From assembly GCA_041483195.1 (NCBI GenBank), contig JBGPFC010000003.1:32001-96000 (forward strand): a DNA stretch of 64,000 nucleotides, given 5' to 3'. The notes beneath the pieces are model-generated. The model was not told the DNA's origin, searched no databases, and worked only from the letters and a program-made list of their open reading frames with translations. Positions 19,261 to 29,769 of this stretch are shown here, one piece after another. The number at the start of each line of letters is the position of its first letter. Position 1 is the stretch's first letter. Origin of the DNA: Candidatus Eiseniibacteriota bacterium (GTDB taxonomy: Bacteria; Eisenbacteria; RBG-16-71-46). The translations under genes and the position numbers were made by a program.

Positions 19261-21807
19261 TTACGGAGCCGGCCTCACAACACGAACACCTTGGCCGCAG
19301 TTGCAAGCATCTCCGGACCCCAGACCGCGGCTGCGTGACGCCGAGCGACAACTCTCCGCCCCAAAGTAATAATGGCCGCCGCGCCGAATTCGTGCTGTGC
19401 CGGAGGCCGGACCGGTGGGATCGACCACGGTACCGGGATAGCTTCCGGCCCAGTCCCAGCACCACTCCGAGACATTTCCGTGCATGTCGTAGAGACCCCA
19501 TGCATTCGGGGCCTTTCCCTTGACGTCGCGAGTCCAGTCCTGACTGTTCCCGCAGTACCATCCCATCAGGTCGAGCTTCGGATCCGAGCAGAAGGTGTCC
19601 GTGATCGGGCCGTTGGCGAATGCTGTCGTGCTCCCTGCCCGGCAGGCGTACTCCCACTCAGATTCGGTCGGAAGTCGGTAGCCATCGGCAGTCTGATTCC
19701 ACTGGACCGTGGCGTTGGAGATGTGGAACCCAAAGCTGTCGATGACCGTGATCGAATAGGCGGGAGTAAACCCTTCACGCGCCGATCTCGCATTGCAGTA
19801 CGCCACGGCGTCGAACCATGTCACAGGGTCCGTGGGGTGATTGTCCCCCGCGTTGAACCAATACTTCGGCCCGAGGAGTTCCTGCCACTCCGCTTGCGTC
19901 ACTTCATGGTCCGACATGTAGAACGCCTTCGAAATCGTGACCTGGTGCTGAGTCTCGTCATTGAGGTAATCCCGGCCGGGCTCGTCCAGCGGGCTTCCCA
20001 TTATGAACGTGCCCGCCGGGATCAGCACCATCCCGCCGGGAGGCGGCGACGAGGTGGTGACGGTGACCGTCCGCGTCGTGGAGTCCGTGAGCCCGCCCGA
20101 ATCCTTCACGCCCAGCTTGATCGTCTTTGTCCCCGTCGATGAGTAGAGATGCGCAGCCGTCTTCGTCGCGGAATACGCGGTGTCCCAGGTGCCATCCGCG
20201 TCCCAGTCCCAGCGCACCTGCAGGGCGGACGACGCATCCTGGGCGTCGGTCGCGCACACGGCGTCGACGGCGAAACTCGTGGCCGTCGTCCCGGAGCTGG
20301 GCGTGACGGCGAAGCACGCCACCGGCCGCGTGTTGTCGCCACCGACCCCGACCACGACGACCTGGGTGGTGGCTCCCACGAGCCCGGTGCCGTCGACTAC
20401 CTCCATGCGGATGGTCTTCGAACCGGGGCTCCCGAACAGGTGCGACGCGGTTCGCGTCGAAGAATAGTCCGAGTCCCACGCATGATCGTCATCCCAGTCC
20501 CAGCGCACCTTGAGAACATTGGGCGCATCCTGGGCGTCGGTCGAGCAGGTCGCGTCGGCCTGAAAGTTCGTGCTCATCGGACCCGTCGGCGGACTCAGCG
20601 AGAAACAAGCCCTGGGGGACTGGGCGAGCATGCGCCGTAGCTGCACGACTCCCTCTCGCCGGTAGTCATGGGCGGCCGTGTTGAGCGGCTCGAGTTTCAA
20701 CCCGATGTCGGCGCCGATCCCGCCGTACACCGTGAGCCAGGGGTTCAGAAGCAGATCTCCCTCGACCTGCCCGAAGGTGTTCAGGTAGACGTAGGGGCCG
20801 ATGATTCCGAACACCTTTGCGGAGATTTCGGGCCCGACCGCGAGCGTTCCGTCGAAGTTTACCGACAGGTCGACGGGAGCCAGCGCGAAGCTCGGCGCCG
20901 ATGCGTCGCCGGAGAAGGTGGCGCCCCCGGGGACATACAACACGTTTGCCGAGAAGCCGCTCGATGCAGTCAGCGTGGTCTGAAATGCCGCGCCCACCGA
21001 GACGCTGCCCCGCACCTTGATCGCCACTTCCGGAGCCACGACGATTCCCAGCGGGCCGAGGGAAGTGCGAAGCGCCCCGGCGGGCACGGTCATGAGCGTC
21101 TTCTCGCCCGAGAATTTCAACCCCACCATCTGGTAGCCGGCCGTGAGCGTGGCCGTGATCGTCCCATCGAACCCGGTGTCCACCCGCTGCACGCTCGCGT
21201 CGACGATGTCGCAGTCGAAGTGGAAATTCGGAGTGATTTCGATATCGCCGTCGACCACGATCTGGTCATTGACGGTGCTCAGATCGGCATCGTTGTCGTT
21301 GACGACGATGTGCTGCATCGTGATCACGATCGAGCCGCCCGTCCCCTCCGTGACCTTGTAGCTCCCCACCCCATAGGGCGTCCGGATGGCCTTGAGCTGG
21401 CTCGCCCGGATCTGCTCGTGGATGCTGATGCTGCCGGTCGTGATCGCGTCGGTCAGCGCCGCCGGGCCCGTCAGGACGACGAGCTGCCCGGCGGAGGGCG
21501 TCACCGAGACGACCTTGCGGAGGAACCCTTCCCCGCTGTCGCTCACGATCACATCGCCGGGCTTCAGGGCGGCGATGCGGGTCGCGCCGCCGTCGAACAC
21601 CAGGGTGTCCTTGTCGCTCGTCGCGGAGACGAGCGCGCCCATGTCCGAGGCGTCGAGCATCTTCGTCGTCTCCGGGATCACGACCGGGCGGTTGGGCTGG
21701 GTCGGGTTGGGCCGGGTGGGGTGCGAATGCTTACTGCACGATGAGACGAGCAGCGCCACGATCGAGGCCACGACCGCGGCAGTCCAATGCGTCCTGCGCC
21801 GAGCCAT
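19261..21807 (-). CDS. Lipoprotein with two PKD-like domains and C-terminal FGE-sulfatase (SUMF1) domain
   Basis: Lipobox LVSSC; duplicated VRWDWDxD PKD repeats; IPAGTFIMGS, YRLPTESEWEYACRAG, NAWGLYDMHGNVSEW. Confidence 0.88.
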   Translation of the reverse strand: MARRRTHWTAAVVASIVALLVSSCSKHSHPTRPNPTQPNRPVVIPETTKMLDASDMGALVSATSDKDTLVFDGGATRIAALKPGDVIVSDSGEGFLRKVVSVTPSAGQLVVLTGPAALTDAITTGSISIHEQIRASQLKAIRTPYGVGSYKVTEGTGGSIVITMQHIVVNDNDADLSTVNDQIVVDGDIEITPNFHFDCDIVDASVQRVDTGFDGTITATLTAGYQMVGLKFSGEKTLMTVPAGALRTSLGPLGIVVAPEVAIKVRGSVSVGAAFQTTLTASSGFSANVLYVPGGATFSGDASAPSFALAPVDLSVNFDGTLAVGPEISAKVFGIIGPYVYLNTFGQVEGDLLLNPWLTVYGGIGADIGLKLEPLNTAAHDYRREGVVQLRRMLAQSPRACFSLSPPTGPMSTNFQADATCSTDAQDAPNVLKVRWDWDDDHAWDSDYSSTRTASHLFGSPGSKTIRMEVVDGTGLVGATTQVVVVGVGGDNTRPVACFAVTPSSGTTATSFAVDAVCATDAQDASSALQVRWDWDADGTWDTAYSATKTAAHLYSSTGTKTIKLGVKDSGGLTDSTTRTVTVTTSSPPPGGMVLIPAGTFIMGSPLDEPGRDYLNDETQHQVTISKAFYMSDHEVTQAEWQELLGPKYWFNAGDNHPTDPVTWFDAVAYCNARSAREGFTPAYSITVIDSFGFHISNATVQWNQTADGYRLPTESEWEYACRAGSTTAFANGPITDTFCSDPKLDLMGWYCGNSQDWTRDVKGKAPNAWGLYDMHGNVSEWCWDWAGSYPGTVVDPTGPASGTARIRRGGHYYFGAESCRSASRSRGLGSGDACNCGQGVRVVRPAP

Positions 21808-21998
21808 GGTGCACAGCCCCCCGGATGCGATGGAACACTGGTGTCTTGATCGAACCGGACGGGACTGCGTCGGGTTGGTCGTCGAGTGACGACTACGCGA
21901 GACGGCACTGGCAAGCGTACGCGATCATGAACGATGAGGCGGGCCGACACAAGCTCCGCACCGTCCCGAACTCGAGCGAGGCCGCGCGCCTCTCGCCC

Positions 21999-22775
21999 CT
22001 ACCGCGCGCTCGCGAGCGCCCGCCCTCCGTCGATCGACATGGTCGCGCCCGTGATCCACGCCGCGGCGTCGCTCAGCAGGTAGCACACCAGGCTCGCGAC
22101 CTCCTCGGCCTGCCCCACGCGTCCGATCGGATGCGTGGCTTTCGAGCGCTCGAGGAATCCCGCGTAGTCGGGCACGGCGTTGGTCACGGTGTGGAGCTCG
22201 GTCACCACCACGCCCGGGTTCACGGCGTTCACGCGCACGCCGTGCGGCGCGAAGTCGAGCGCTGCGCAGCGCGTGTACTGATCCACCGCGGCTTTGGTCA
22301 CGCAGTAGGCCGCGAGATTCGCGTAGGGGCGAAGGCCCCCGACCGATGAGATGTTGACGATCGCGCCCTTGCGCTTGATCAGCTCGGGCGCCGCGGCACT
22401 GGTGAGCAGGAAGAGCGATCGCACGTTGGAGTCCATCATGCGATCCCACTCCGCGACCGGGGTCTGGTACGCGCTGCCGGGGCCGAGCACGCCCGCCGCG
22501 TTCACGAGCCCGTCGAGCCCGCCATAGCGGGTGGCCGCCTCCTGCACCCACGCCGCGCAGGTCGCCTCGTCTCGCACGTCGCCGGTCACGGCGGCGGCCT
22601 CGCCTCCCGCCGCGCGGATCTCCTCGACCACCTCGTTCAGCCGGTCGCGGCGGCGGCCAGCCGCGATCAGGCGCGCGCCCTCGCGGCCCAGCATGTGCGC
22701 GCACGCGCGGCCGATGCCGCTCGAGGCGCCGGTCACGAGCATCGCGCGGTTCTTGAAGCGTGACGTGTCGGTCAT
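21999..22775 (-). CDS. Classical SDR oxidoreductase
   Basis: TGASSGIG, NAAG, NISS, YCVTK, NAVNPG, IDGG. Confidence 0.93.
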   Translation of the reverse strand: MTDTSRFKNRAMLVTGASSGIGRACAHMLGREGARLIAAGRRRDRLNEVVEEIRAAGGEAAAVTGDVRDEATCAAWVQEAATRYGGLDGLVNAAGVLGPGSAYQTPVAEWDRMMDSNVRSLFLLTSAAAPELIKRKGAIVNISSVGGLRPYANLAAYCVTKAAVDQYTRCAALDFAPHGVRVNAVNPGVVVTELHTVTNAVPDYAGFLERSKATHPIGRVGQAEEVASLVCYLLSDAAAWITGATMSIDGGRALASAR

Positions 22776-23038
22776 CGAAGCGCTCCGGGTTGATGGAGGT
22801 GGGGGTTCAGACCGCGCGACGTTAGCCAATGGCGCGCGCCGCGTCCATGCGCCGCGCGCGATGGCCCGCGCGGCACGCACGCAACACGCGTGCGCCGCCA
22901 TGTTTCTCGCCGCCGCGCTTGATTCTCGCGCATCGCTCTGTTATCCCTGCGCTGACTCACGCGCATCGCGCCGCGTGCCGCGCTGGCCCTGTCCGATCGC
23001 TGGGCCACGCAAGCTCTCACCGCTACCAGGGACGGGTC

Positions 23039-25066
23039 ATGCCGCTCGCGGAGCTGGACGGCAGCCTGCTCGCCGCCGGCATCTGGGGTCTCGCGGCGGC
23101 GGCGCTGCTCGCTGCCCTCCCGATCCGCGCGGCCGGCGGCCCGTTCTCCCCAGCATCACGCGCGGCGATCGCCCGCACGTTCGCGATCGCGGCATCGCTC
23201 GCGCTCGCGCTGGTCGGCGGGCTCGGCCTCGCCGGCATCACGCCCGCCTCGCTCCAGTGGTGGCCGGGGCTGCCGGGCGATCCGTTCACGCTCGGGGCCG
23301 ACGCGCTCGCCGCGCCATTCCTGCTGCTGCTCGGCATCCTCGCCGCGGTGTCGTTCGTGCCGAAGCAGCAGGGCGCCCCGCTCGCGCTGCACGCGGGGTT
23401 CGCGCTCGCGCTGGCCGCGGCATTCGCGTCGCAGCACGCGCTGCTGTTCCTGCTCGCGTGGGAGGGCATGACGCTGCTCTCGGCGGCGCTGGTCGCGAGC
23501 GACACGCGCAGCGCGCGCGCGCGCCGCGCAGCCTTCGTCTACCTCGCGCTCTCGCAGCTCGGCAGCGCCGCGATGGCATTCGGGCTGCTGCGCCTCTCCG
23601 CGCTCGCGGGATCGTTCGCATTCCCGGATCTCGCGCTCGCGCTCGGGCGCATGGCGCCCAACGACGCCGCCACCATCGTGTGGCTCATGAGCGCGGGCTT
23701 CATCGTGAAGCTCGGGCTGGTGCCGCTCCACGTGTGGCTGCCGCTCGCGCACCCCGAGGCCCCTGCACCGGTCTCTGCGCTGCTCTCTGGCGCGATGGTC
23801 AAGGCCGGGCTCTACGGCCTGCTGCGCTTCGGCTGGCAGATGCCGGGCGCGCCGCTCATGGGATGGGGCGTGACGCTCGCGGTGCTCGGCACGCTCTCGG
23901 CGCTGGTCGGCGCGCTCTACGCGGTGGTCGAGCCCGACGCGAAGCGCCTGCTCGCCTACTCCACGGTCAAGCACGCGGGGCTCCTCGCGATGGCGCTGGG
24001 CGTCGCGGCGACTCTGCTGCGCGCGGGCCACGTCCCGCTCGCGGGCGTCGCGCTCGCGGCGTGCATGGTGCACATGATCGGGCACGGGCTCTCGAAGGGG
24101 CTCGCGTTCTTCTCGATCGGCGAGGCGGTGCACGCGGCCGGCACCCGCGACCTCGAGAAGCTGGGCGGGCTCGCGCGCCGGCTCCCGCGGCTCTCGGTGA
24201 GCGCGCTGATCGCGACGCTCGCGCTGTGCGGCTTGCCGCCGTTCGCGTGCTTCGCCGGCGAGTGGCTGCTGTTCCAGGCGCTGATCCTCGGCTTCTCGGC
24301 GGGGGCGGGCGTGCTGCGGCTGATCGCGCCGTTCACCGCGGCGGGGCTCGCGCTCGCGACCGCGCTCTCGGCCGCCGCGCTCGCCAAGCTCTACGGCATC
24401 GGGTTCCTCGGCCGCCCGCGCAGCGCGGAGGCCGCGGCCGCGCATCCCGCGCCGCCGGCTTTCGAGTGGGCGCTGATCGCGCTCGCGGCCGTGGGCGTCG
24501 CGTGGGGGCTCGGCGCGCCGTGGGCGGTGCAGGCGCTCGCGAGCCCGATCGCTGCGGTGCTCGGGCCGGGGTTCGACGCGGCCTCGCTCGCGGGCTACGG
24601 CGGGTTCACGCTCGCCATCCCGCCCGCGACCTTCGCCAGCATCTCGCCGATCTCGGTCGCGGTGCTGATCGCGCTGTTCGTCGCGATCGCGTTCGCGTGG
24701 GCCAGCGTGCTCGGCTACCGGCTGCCGGTGCGGCGCGCGCCGTCGTGGGCGTGCGGCATCACGCTGGATTCGCGCATGCAGTATTCGGCGCTCGGACTCA
24801 CCAAGCCGCTGCGGCTGATCTTCAAGCCGGTGCTCCGCCACGAGCGCGAGGTCGAGGTGCTCGAAGAGGGCTCGCCCTACTTCGCGCGCAAGTACCGCTA
24901 CCGCGCCGGCGTGCCGCACATCGTCGAGCGCATCGCCTACCAGCCGTTCGTGCAGATGGTGTTCTGGGCGTCGGAGCAGGCGCGGCGCCTCCAGTCGGGC
25001 AGCCTCCACCTCTACCTCGCGTACGTGCTCGTGACGCTCGTTGCGCTCCTCATGTGGGCGCGCTGA
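23039..25066 (+). CDS. hyfB: Hydrogenase-4 component B-like antiporter subunit (NuoL/MrpA family)
   Basis: WEGM, KLGLVPLHVWLPLAHPEAP, KRLLAYST, GHGLSKG, C-terminal WACG...MQYS and QSGSLHLYLAY. Confidence 0.88.
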   Translation: MPLAELDGSLLAAGIWGLAAAALLAALPIRAAGGPFSPASRAAIARTFAIAASLALALVGGLGLAGITPASLQWWPGLPGDPFTLGADALAAPFLLLLGILAAVSFVPKQQGAPLALHAGFALALAAAFASQHALLFLLAWEGMTLLSAALVASDTRSARARRAAFVYLALSQLGSAAMAFGLLRLSALAGSFAFPDLALALGRMAPNDAATIVWLMSAGFIVKLGLVPLHVWLPLAHPEAPAPVSALLSGAMVKAGLYGLLRFGWQMPGAPLMGWGVTLAVLGTLSALVGALYAVVEPDAKRLLAYSTVKHAGLLAMALGVAATLLRAGHVPLAGVALAACMVHMIGHGLSKGLAFFSIGEAVHAAGTRDLEKLGGLARRLPRLSVSALIATLALCGLPPFACFAGEWLLFQALILGFSAGAGVLRLIAPFTAAGLALATALSAAALAKLYGIGFLGRPRSAEAAAAHPAPPAFEWALIALAAVGVAWGLGAPWAVQALASPIAAVLGPGFDAASLAGYGGFTLAIPPATFASISPISVAVLIALFVAIAFAWASVLGYRLPVRRAPSWACGITLDSRMQYSALGLTKPLRLIFKPVLRHEREVEVLEEGSPYFARKYRYRAGVPHIVERIAYQPFVQMVFWASEQARRLQSGSLHLYLAYVLVTLVALLMWAR

Positions 25067-25067
25067 C

Positions 25068-26009
25068 GTGAACGCCGCGCTGGTGATCGCGCAGGCGGTG
25101 CTGCTCATCGCGCTCGCGCCGCTCCTGAACGGCGTGATCGCAGCGCTCAAGGCGCGTCTCCAGATGCGGCGCGGCGCGCCGGTGTGGCAGCGCTACAGCG
25201 ACCTCGCGCGGCTCTTCCACAAGGAGTCGATCGTCTCGACCGACGCATCGTGGCTCGCGCGCGTCACGCCTTACATCGCGCTCGGCGCTTCGCTCGCGGT
25301 CGCGACCTGGACGCCGGTGCTGCTCGCCGAGAACGGGATGTCGTTCGCGGGGGACCTGGTCATGACGGTCGCGCTGCTGGCGCTGGTGCGCGTGCTGCAG
25401 GCGCTCGCCGCGCTCGAGGCCGGCACCGCGTTCGGCGGGATGGCCGCGAGCCGCCACCTCGCGCTCTCGGCGCTGGCCGAGCCGGCGCTGATGCTGGCGG
25501 TGTTCACGCTCGCGATCGCGGCGCACAGCACCGATCTCTCGAAGATCAGCCGCGCGGTCGCGCTCGCGCCGCACGGCTGGCTCTCGCCCTCCCACCTGCT
25601 GGCGCTCGCTGCGATGTGGCTGGTGGTCGTGTCCGAGACCGGCCGCGTGCCGGTCGACAATCCGGTCACGCACCTCGAGCTGACCATGGTGCACGAGGGG
25701 CTGGTGCTGGATTACAGCGGGCGCCACCTCGCGCTGCTCGAGTGGGCGGCGGCGGTGCGGCAGATGGTGTTGTTCACGCTGCTCGCGAACCTGTTCCTGC
25801 CGTGGGGCATCGCGCTCGAGCCCGGCGCAGCCGCGATCGGCACGGCGCTCGCGGCGTGGGGCGGCAAGCTGCTGGTGTTCGCGATCGCGGTCGCGATCAC
25901 CGAGTCGGTCACGGCCAAGATGCGCCTGTTCCGCGTTCCGGAATTTCTCGGCATGGCGTTCCTGCTCTCGCTGCTCGCGCTCACCTCCGACTCGCTGCTC
26001 CGCGGATGA
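25068..26009 (+). CDS. hyfC: Hydrogenase-4 component C (NuoH/HycD family)
   Basis: KARLQMRRG, ETGRVPVDNPVTHLELTMVHEG, AKMRLFRVPEF; GTG start. Confidence 0.9.
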   Translation: MNAALVIAQAVLLIALAPLLNGVIAALKARLQMRRGAPVWQRYSDLARLFHKESIVSTDASWLARVTPYIALGASLAVATWTPVLLAENGMSFAGDLVMTVALLALVRVLQALAALEAGTAFGGMAASRHLALSALAEPALMLAVFTLAIAAHSTDLSKISRAVALAPHGWLSPSHLLALAAMWLVVVSETGRVPVDNPVTHLELTMVHEGLVLDYSGRHLALLEWAAAVRQMVLFTLLANLFLPWGIALEPGAAAIGTALAAWGGKLLVFAIAVAITESVTAKMRLFRVPEFLGMAFLLSLLALTSDSLLRG

Positions 26010-26680
26010 ACTTCCCGATCGCGGAGTGGCTGCCCACCTCGAGCGCCATCAACCTGCTGGCCGGCGTGTTCCTGCTGAGCGCGCTCTACGCGCTGAGCCA
26101 GCGCCGCACCGCCGCCTGCATCGCCGGCTACGCGTGGAACTCGATCAGCCTCGGCGGGATCGCGCTGCTGGTCGCGGCGCAGACTCACGCGCGCCACATC
26201 TGGTTCGCGGCGGCGCTGGTGCTGGCGGTGAAGGGCTTCCTGATCCCGAGACTGCTGCGGCGCACGCTGGCGCGCCTCAAGACGCGAGCAGAGGCCGAGC
26301 CGTTCCTCAGCATCCCCGCCTCCTCGCTGATCGGCGGCGCGCTGGTCGCGCTCGCGTTCAGCCAGACCCGCGAGCTGTTCGGCGCGGGCACCACGATTCT
26401 CGCGGCATGCCTGCCGATCTCGGTCGCGACCGCGCTGGTCGGGCTGCTGCTGATGGTGACGAGGCCGCAGGCGCTCATGATGGTGGTGGGGCTGGTGCTG
26501 CTCGAGAACGCGATCTTCCTGGCCGCGGTCTCGCTCACCTACGGCATGCCGCTGGTGGTCGAGATGGGCGTGCTGCTCGACATCCTGGTGGGCGTGGCGC
26601 TGCTCGGGCTCTTCGTCGGGCGCATCGAGGAGAGCTTCGAGTCGGCCGACATCTCACGTCTCACGTCGCTCAAGGGCTGA
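26006..26680 (+). CDS. hyfE: Hydrogenase-4 component E
   Basis: ATGA overlap with hyfC; VKGFLIP, LLENAIFL, YGMPLVVEMGVLLD, ends LTSLKG. Confidence 0.88.
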   Translation: MNFPIAEWLPTSSAINLLAGVFLLSALYALSQRRTAACIAGYAWNSISLGGIALLVAAQTHARHIWFAAALVLAVKGFLIPRLLRRTLARLKTRAEAEPFLSIPASSLIGGALVALAFSQTRELFGAGTTILAACLPISVATALVGLLLMVTRPQALMMVVGLVLLENAIFLAAVSLTYGMPLVVEMGVLLDILVGVALLGLFVGRIEESFESADISRLTSLKG

Positions 26681-26682
26681 GC

Positions 26683-28146
26683 ATGCTCTGGATCCTGCCG
26701 CTCGCACTCGCCGCCCCGGTCACCGCCGCGCTGTGCCTCGCCTTCGGCGGCTCGCGCGCGCGCGCGCGGATCGCGATCGGGGGCGCGGCGCTGGTGCTCG
26801 CGCTCGCGCTCCGCCTCGCGTGGCGGGTGCTCTCGGGCGGGCCGATCGTCGCCGCCAACGGTTGGCTCGCGGCCGATGCGCTCTCGGCGCTGCTCGCATG
26901 CATCATCGGCGGGGTGGGACTCGCGAGCGCGTGGTACGGCAATTCCTACATGGCGCACGAGGGGCAGGGCCATGAGTCGGCGGGCTGGGCCGCCGGCCGC
27001 TACGAGGCGCTGTTCCATCTGCTGCTCGGCTCGCTGGTGGTCGCCGCAGTCGCCAACAACCTGGGCCTGCTGTGGGTCGCGATCGAGGCCAGCACGCTCG
27101 GCTCGGCGCTGCTGGTGGGCTACTACCGCCGGCCCGGCGCGGTCGAGGCCGCGTGGAAGTATCTCATTCTGTGCTCGGTCGGCATCACGCTCGCGCTGCT
27201 CGCGACCGTGCTCCTCTATTACTCGGCGGTCGGCAGCTTCGGCGAGAGCGGCGCCGGCCTCCAGTGGACGGCGTTGCGCGACGTCGCGCCGCGCCTCGAG
27301 CCGCGCTTCGTGCGGCTCGCGTTCCTGTTCGCGCTGGTGGGCTACGGGACCAAGGCCGGGCTCGCGCCGATGCACACCTGGCTGCCCGATGCGCACAGCC
27401 AGGCGCCGACTCCGGTCTCGGCGCTGCTCTCCGCCGCGCTGCTCGCGACCGCTCTGGTGGCGCTGCTCCGCTTCCACGCGCTCGCGGTGCGCTGCGTCGG
27501 ACCGGCGTACTCCGAGGGCCTGCTCGTGTTCTTCGGGCTCGCCTCGATGGCGGTCGCGGTCCCGTTCATGGTGATCCAGGGCGACTACAAGCGCCTGCTC
27601 GCGTACTCGAGCGTCGAGCACACCGGGCTCGTGACGCTCGCGGTCGGACTCGGCTCGCCGCTCGCGCTGCTGGGCGGGATGTTTCATCTCGTGAACCACG
27701 CGCTCGCGAAGACGCTCGCGTTCCTGGTCGGCGGCTCGCTCGGAGGCGGGATCGGCTCGCGCCGGATGGATCACTGGAGCGGCGTGATCGAATCGTCGGC
27801 GCCGCTCGGCGCGCTGTTCGTGGTGGCGGGCGTGGCGCTCGCGGGGCTCCCGCCCACCGCGCTCTTCCTCTCGGAGTGGTTGGTGATGCTGGGCGGGCTC
27901 CGCGCGGGCAAGCAGGCCGCCGTGATCGTGGCGCTGCTGGCACTGGCGGTGGTGTTCGTCGCGCTCGCGTTCCACTGGACGCGCATGGCGCTCGGCAAGC
28001 CGCGCGCGCCGTTCACCGATCCGCTGCCCGCATCTTCGCACCGCCCGCTGTGGCTGCTCGCGACCGCCGTGATCCTGCTCGGCGTGTGGCTGCCGGGGCC
28101 GATGCGCGCGCTGATGGAGCAGGCGGCGCGGGTGATCAAGCCATGA
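26683..28146 (+). CDS. hyfF: Hydrogenase-4 component F (NuoM/N-like)
   Basis: WVAIEASTL, EAAWKYLILCSVG, GYGTKAGLAPMHTWLPDAHSQAP, KRLLAYSSVEH, NHALAK. Confidence 0.9.
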   Translation: MLWILPLALAAPVTAALCLAFGGSRARARIAIGGAALVLALALRLAWRVLSGGPIVAANGWLAADALSALLACIIGGVGLASAWYGNSYMAHEGQGHESAGWAAGRYEALFHLLLGSLVVAAVANNLGLLWVAIEASTLGSALLVGYYRRPGAVEAAWKYLILCSVGITLALLATVLLYYSAVGSFGESGAGLQWTALRDVAPRLEPRFVRLAFLFALVGYGTKAGLAPMHTWLPDAHSQAPTPVSALLSAALLATALVALLRFHALAVRCVGPAYSEGLLVFFGLASMAVAVPFMVIQGDYKRLLAYSSVEHTGLVTLAVGLGSPLALLGGMFHLVNHALAKTLAFLVGGSLGGGIGSRRMDHWSGVIESSAPLGALFVVAGVALAGLPPTALFLSEWLVMLGGLRAGKQAAVIVALLALAVVFVALAFHWTRMALGKPRAPFTDPLPASSHRPLWLLATAVILLGVWLPGPMRALMEQAARVIKP

Positions 28147-29750
28147 GCTTAGGCAGAAGCGGCGAGCTGTTTCCGCTCGCCGTCGCGCTGCGCGGACTCC
28201 AGCAGCGCTTCGCCGACGCGGTGATCGACGCCGACCGCGGCAGCCTGCGCGAACACCTGGTGGTGGTGCCGGCCGCGCGCCTGCGCGAGGTCGCGAACGC
28301 GCTGCAGAACGAGTGGGGCGGCACGCTGGTCACGGCGTTCGCGCTCGACGAGCGCGAGCCGCACGGGCGATTCCGCATGCACCTGCTGTTCTCGATGGCG
28401 CCGGAAGACGCGGTGCTCACGCTGATCGCGGCCGTCCCCGGCGACGACCCGCGCTATCCCGCGATCACGCCGGCCGTGCCGGCCGCGCACTGGCTCGAGC
28501 GCGAGATGCGGGATCTGATGGGCGTGATCCCCGATGGCCACCCCGACCCGCGGCCGCTGGTCGCGCACGACGGCTGGCCGCGCGGCGCGCATCCGCTGCG
28601 CAAGGACTTCGTCCCGCCCGCCGAATGGTCGTGGGCGCCGCGCTTCGGGTTCACGCCGGTCGAGGGCGACGGCGTGTTCGAGATCCCGGTGGGGCCGATC
28701 CACGCCGGCGTCATCGAGCCCGGGCACTTTCGATTCTCGACCGTCGGCGAGGCGATCCTCAAGCTCGACGTGAAGCTCGGGTGGAAATACCGCGGCCTCG
28801 AGACGCTGGCGCAGGGCCAGCCGATCCAGCGCGGGCTCGAGCTGGCCGAGCGCACCTGCGGCCTGTGCGCGTTCTCGCACGCGCTCGCGTTCTCGCAGGC
28901 GGTCGAGGAGTCGGGCGGCGTGCTCGCGCCGCAGCGCGCGCGCGCGATTCGCTCGCTCGCGGCCGAGCTGGAGCGCCTCTACAACCACGCCGGCGACATC
29001 GCCGGGATCCTCACCGACGTCGCGTACACCGTGGGCGCCTCCGAGGGGCTGCGCATCAAGGAGGTGCTCCAGCAGGTGAACGACGCGCTGTTCGGCCACC
29101 GCTTCCTGCGCGGCGTGTGCGTCCCGGGCGGCGTCGCGCGCGACCTCGACGACGGGCAACAGCACTGGCTCCGCCTCGTGCTGCATGAGGTGCGCGCCGA
29201 CCTCGAGGCGCTGGTGCGCACCGCGAGCGCGAACGCGGCGGTGATGGATCGCCTCAACGGCACCGGCACGCTGAGCGCTGCGATCGCGCGCGACCTGGGC
29301 GTGGTGGGCCCCGCCGCGCGCGCGGCGGGGATCGCCCGTGACGCGCGGCGCGATCATCCGTGCGCGTTCTACCGCGACCTCGATTTTCGCGTGGTCACCC
29401 GCACCGCGGGCGACGTGTTCGCGCGGTTCGAGGTTAAGGCCGAGGAGATCCACGAATCGCTCAACATCATCGATCAGATGCTGCTGCACCTGCCGGGCGG
29501 GCCGCTCGCGGCGCCGCTCGGGGCGATCCCGGCGGGGGCCGCGGGGCTCTCGATGGTGGAGTCGCCGCGCGGACTGCTCACGCACTGGCTGCGCGCCGGC
29601 GAGCGCGGCACGATCGACGCGTGGCGCGTGCGATCGGCGTCGCACGCCAACTGGCCGGCGGTCGCGCTCGCGGTGCTCGACAACATCGTTCCCGACTTCC
29701 CGCTGATCAACAAGTCGTTCAACCTGTGCTACGCGTGCGTGGACCGCTGA
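28143..29750 (+). CDS. hyfG: Group 4 [NiFe]-hydrogenase large subunit (NuoC+NuoD-like fusion)
   Basis: ERE..DLMG...GHPDPRPL, VGPIHAGVIEPGHFRF, L1 motif ERTCGLC, L2 motif CYACVDR at the C-terminus. Confidence 0.88.
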   Translation: MSLGRSGELFPLAVALRGLQQRFADAVIDADRGSLREHLVVVPAARLREVANALQNEWGGTLVTAFALDEREPHGRFRMHLLFSMAPEDAVLTLIAAVPGDDPRYPAITPAVPAAHWLEREMRDLMGVIPDGHPDPRPLVAHDGWPRGAHPLRKDFVPPAEWSWAPRFGFTPVEGDGVFEIPVGPIHAGVIEPGHFRFSTVGEAILKLDVKLGWKYRGLETLAQGQPIQRGLELAERTCGLCAFSHALAFSQAVEESGGVLAPQRARAIRSLAAELERLYNHAGDIAGILTDVAYTVGASEGLRIKEVLQQVNDALFGHRFLRGVCVPGGVARDLDDGQQHWLRLVLHEVRADLEALVRTASANAAVMDRLNGTGTLSAAIARDLGVVGPAARAAGIARDARRDHPCAFYRDLDFRVVTRTAGDVFARFEVKAEEIHESLNIIDQMLLHLPGGPLAAPLGAIPAGAAGLSMVESPRGLLTHWLRAGERGTIDAWRVRSASHANWPAVALAVLDNIVPDFPLINKSFNLCYACVDR

Positions 29751-29769
29751 GGCGAGGGGCGAGGGCGTC

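Noticed and set aside
19261..19500. Diversity-generating retroelement target (FGE/C-type lectin tip)
   Set aside because: No reverse transcriptase and no template repeat visible in the window.
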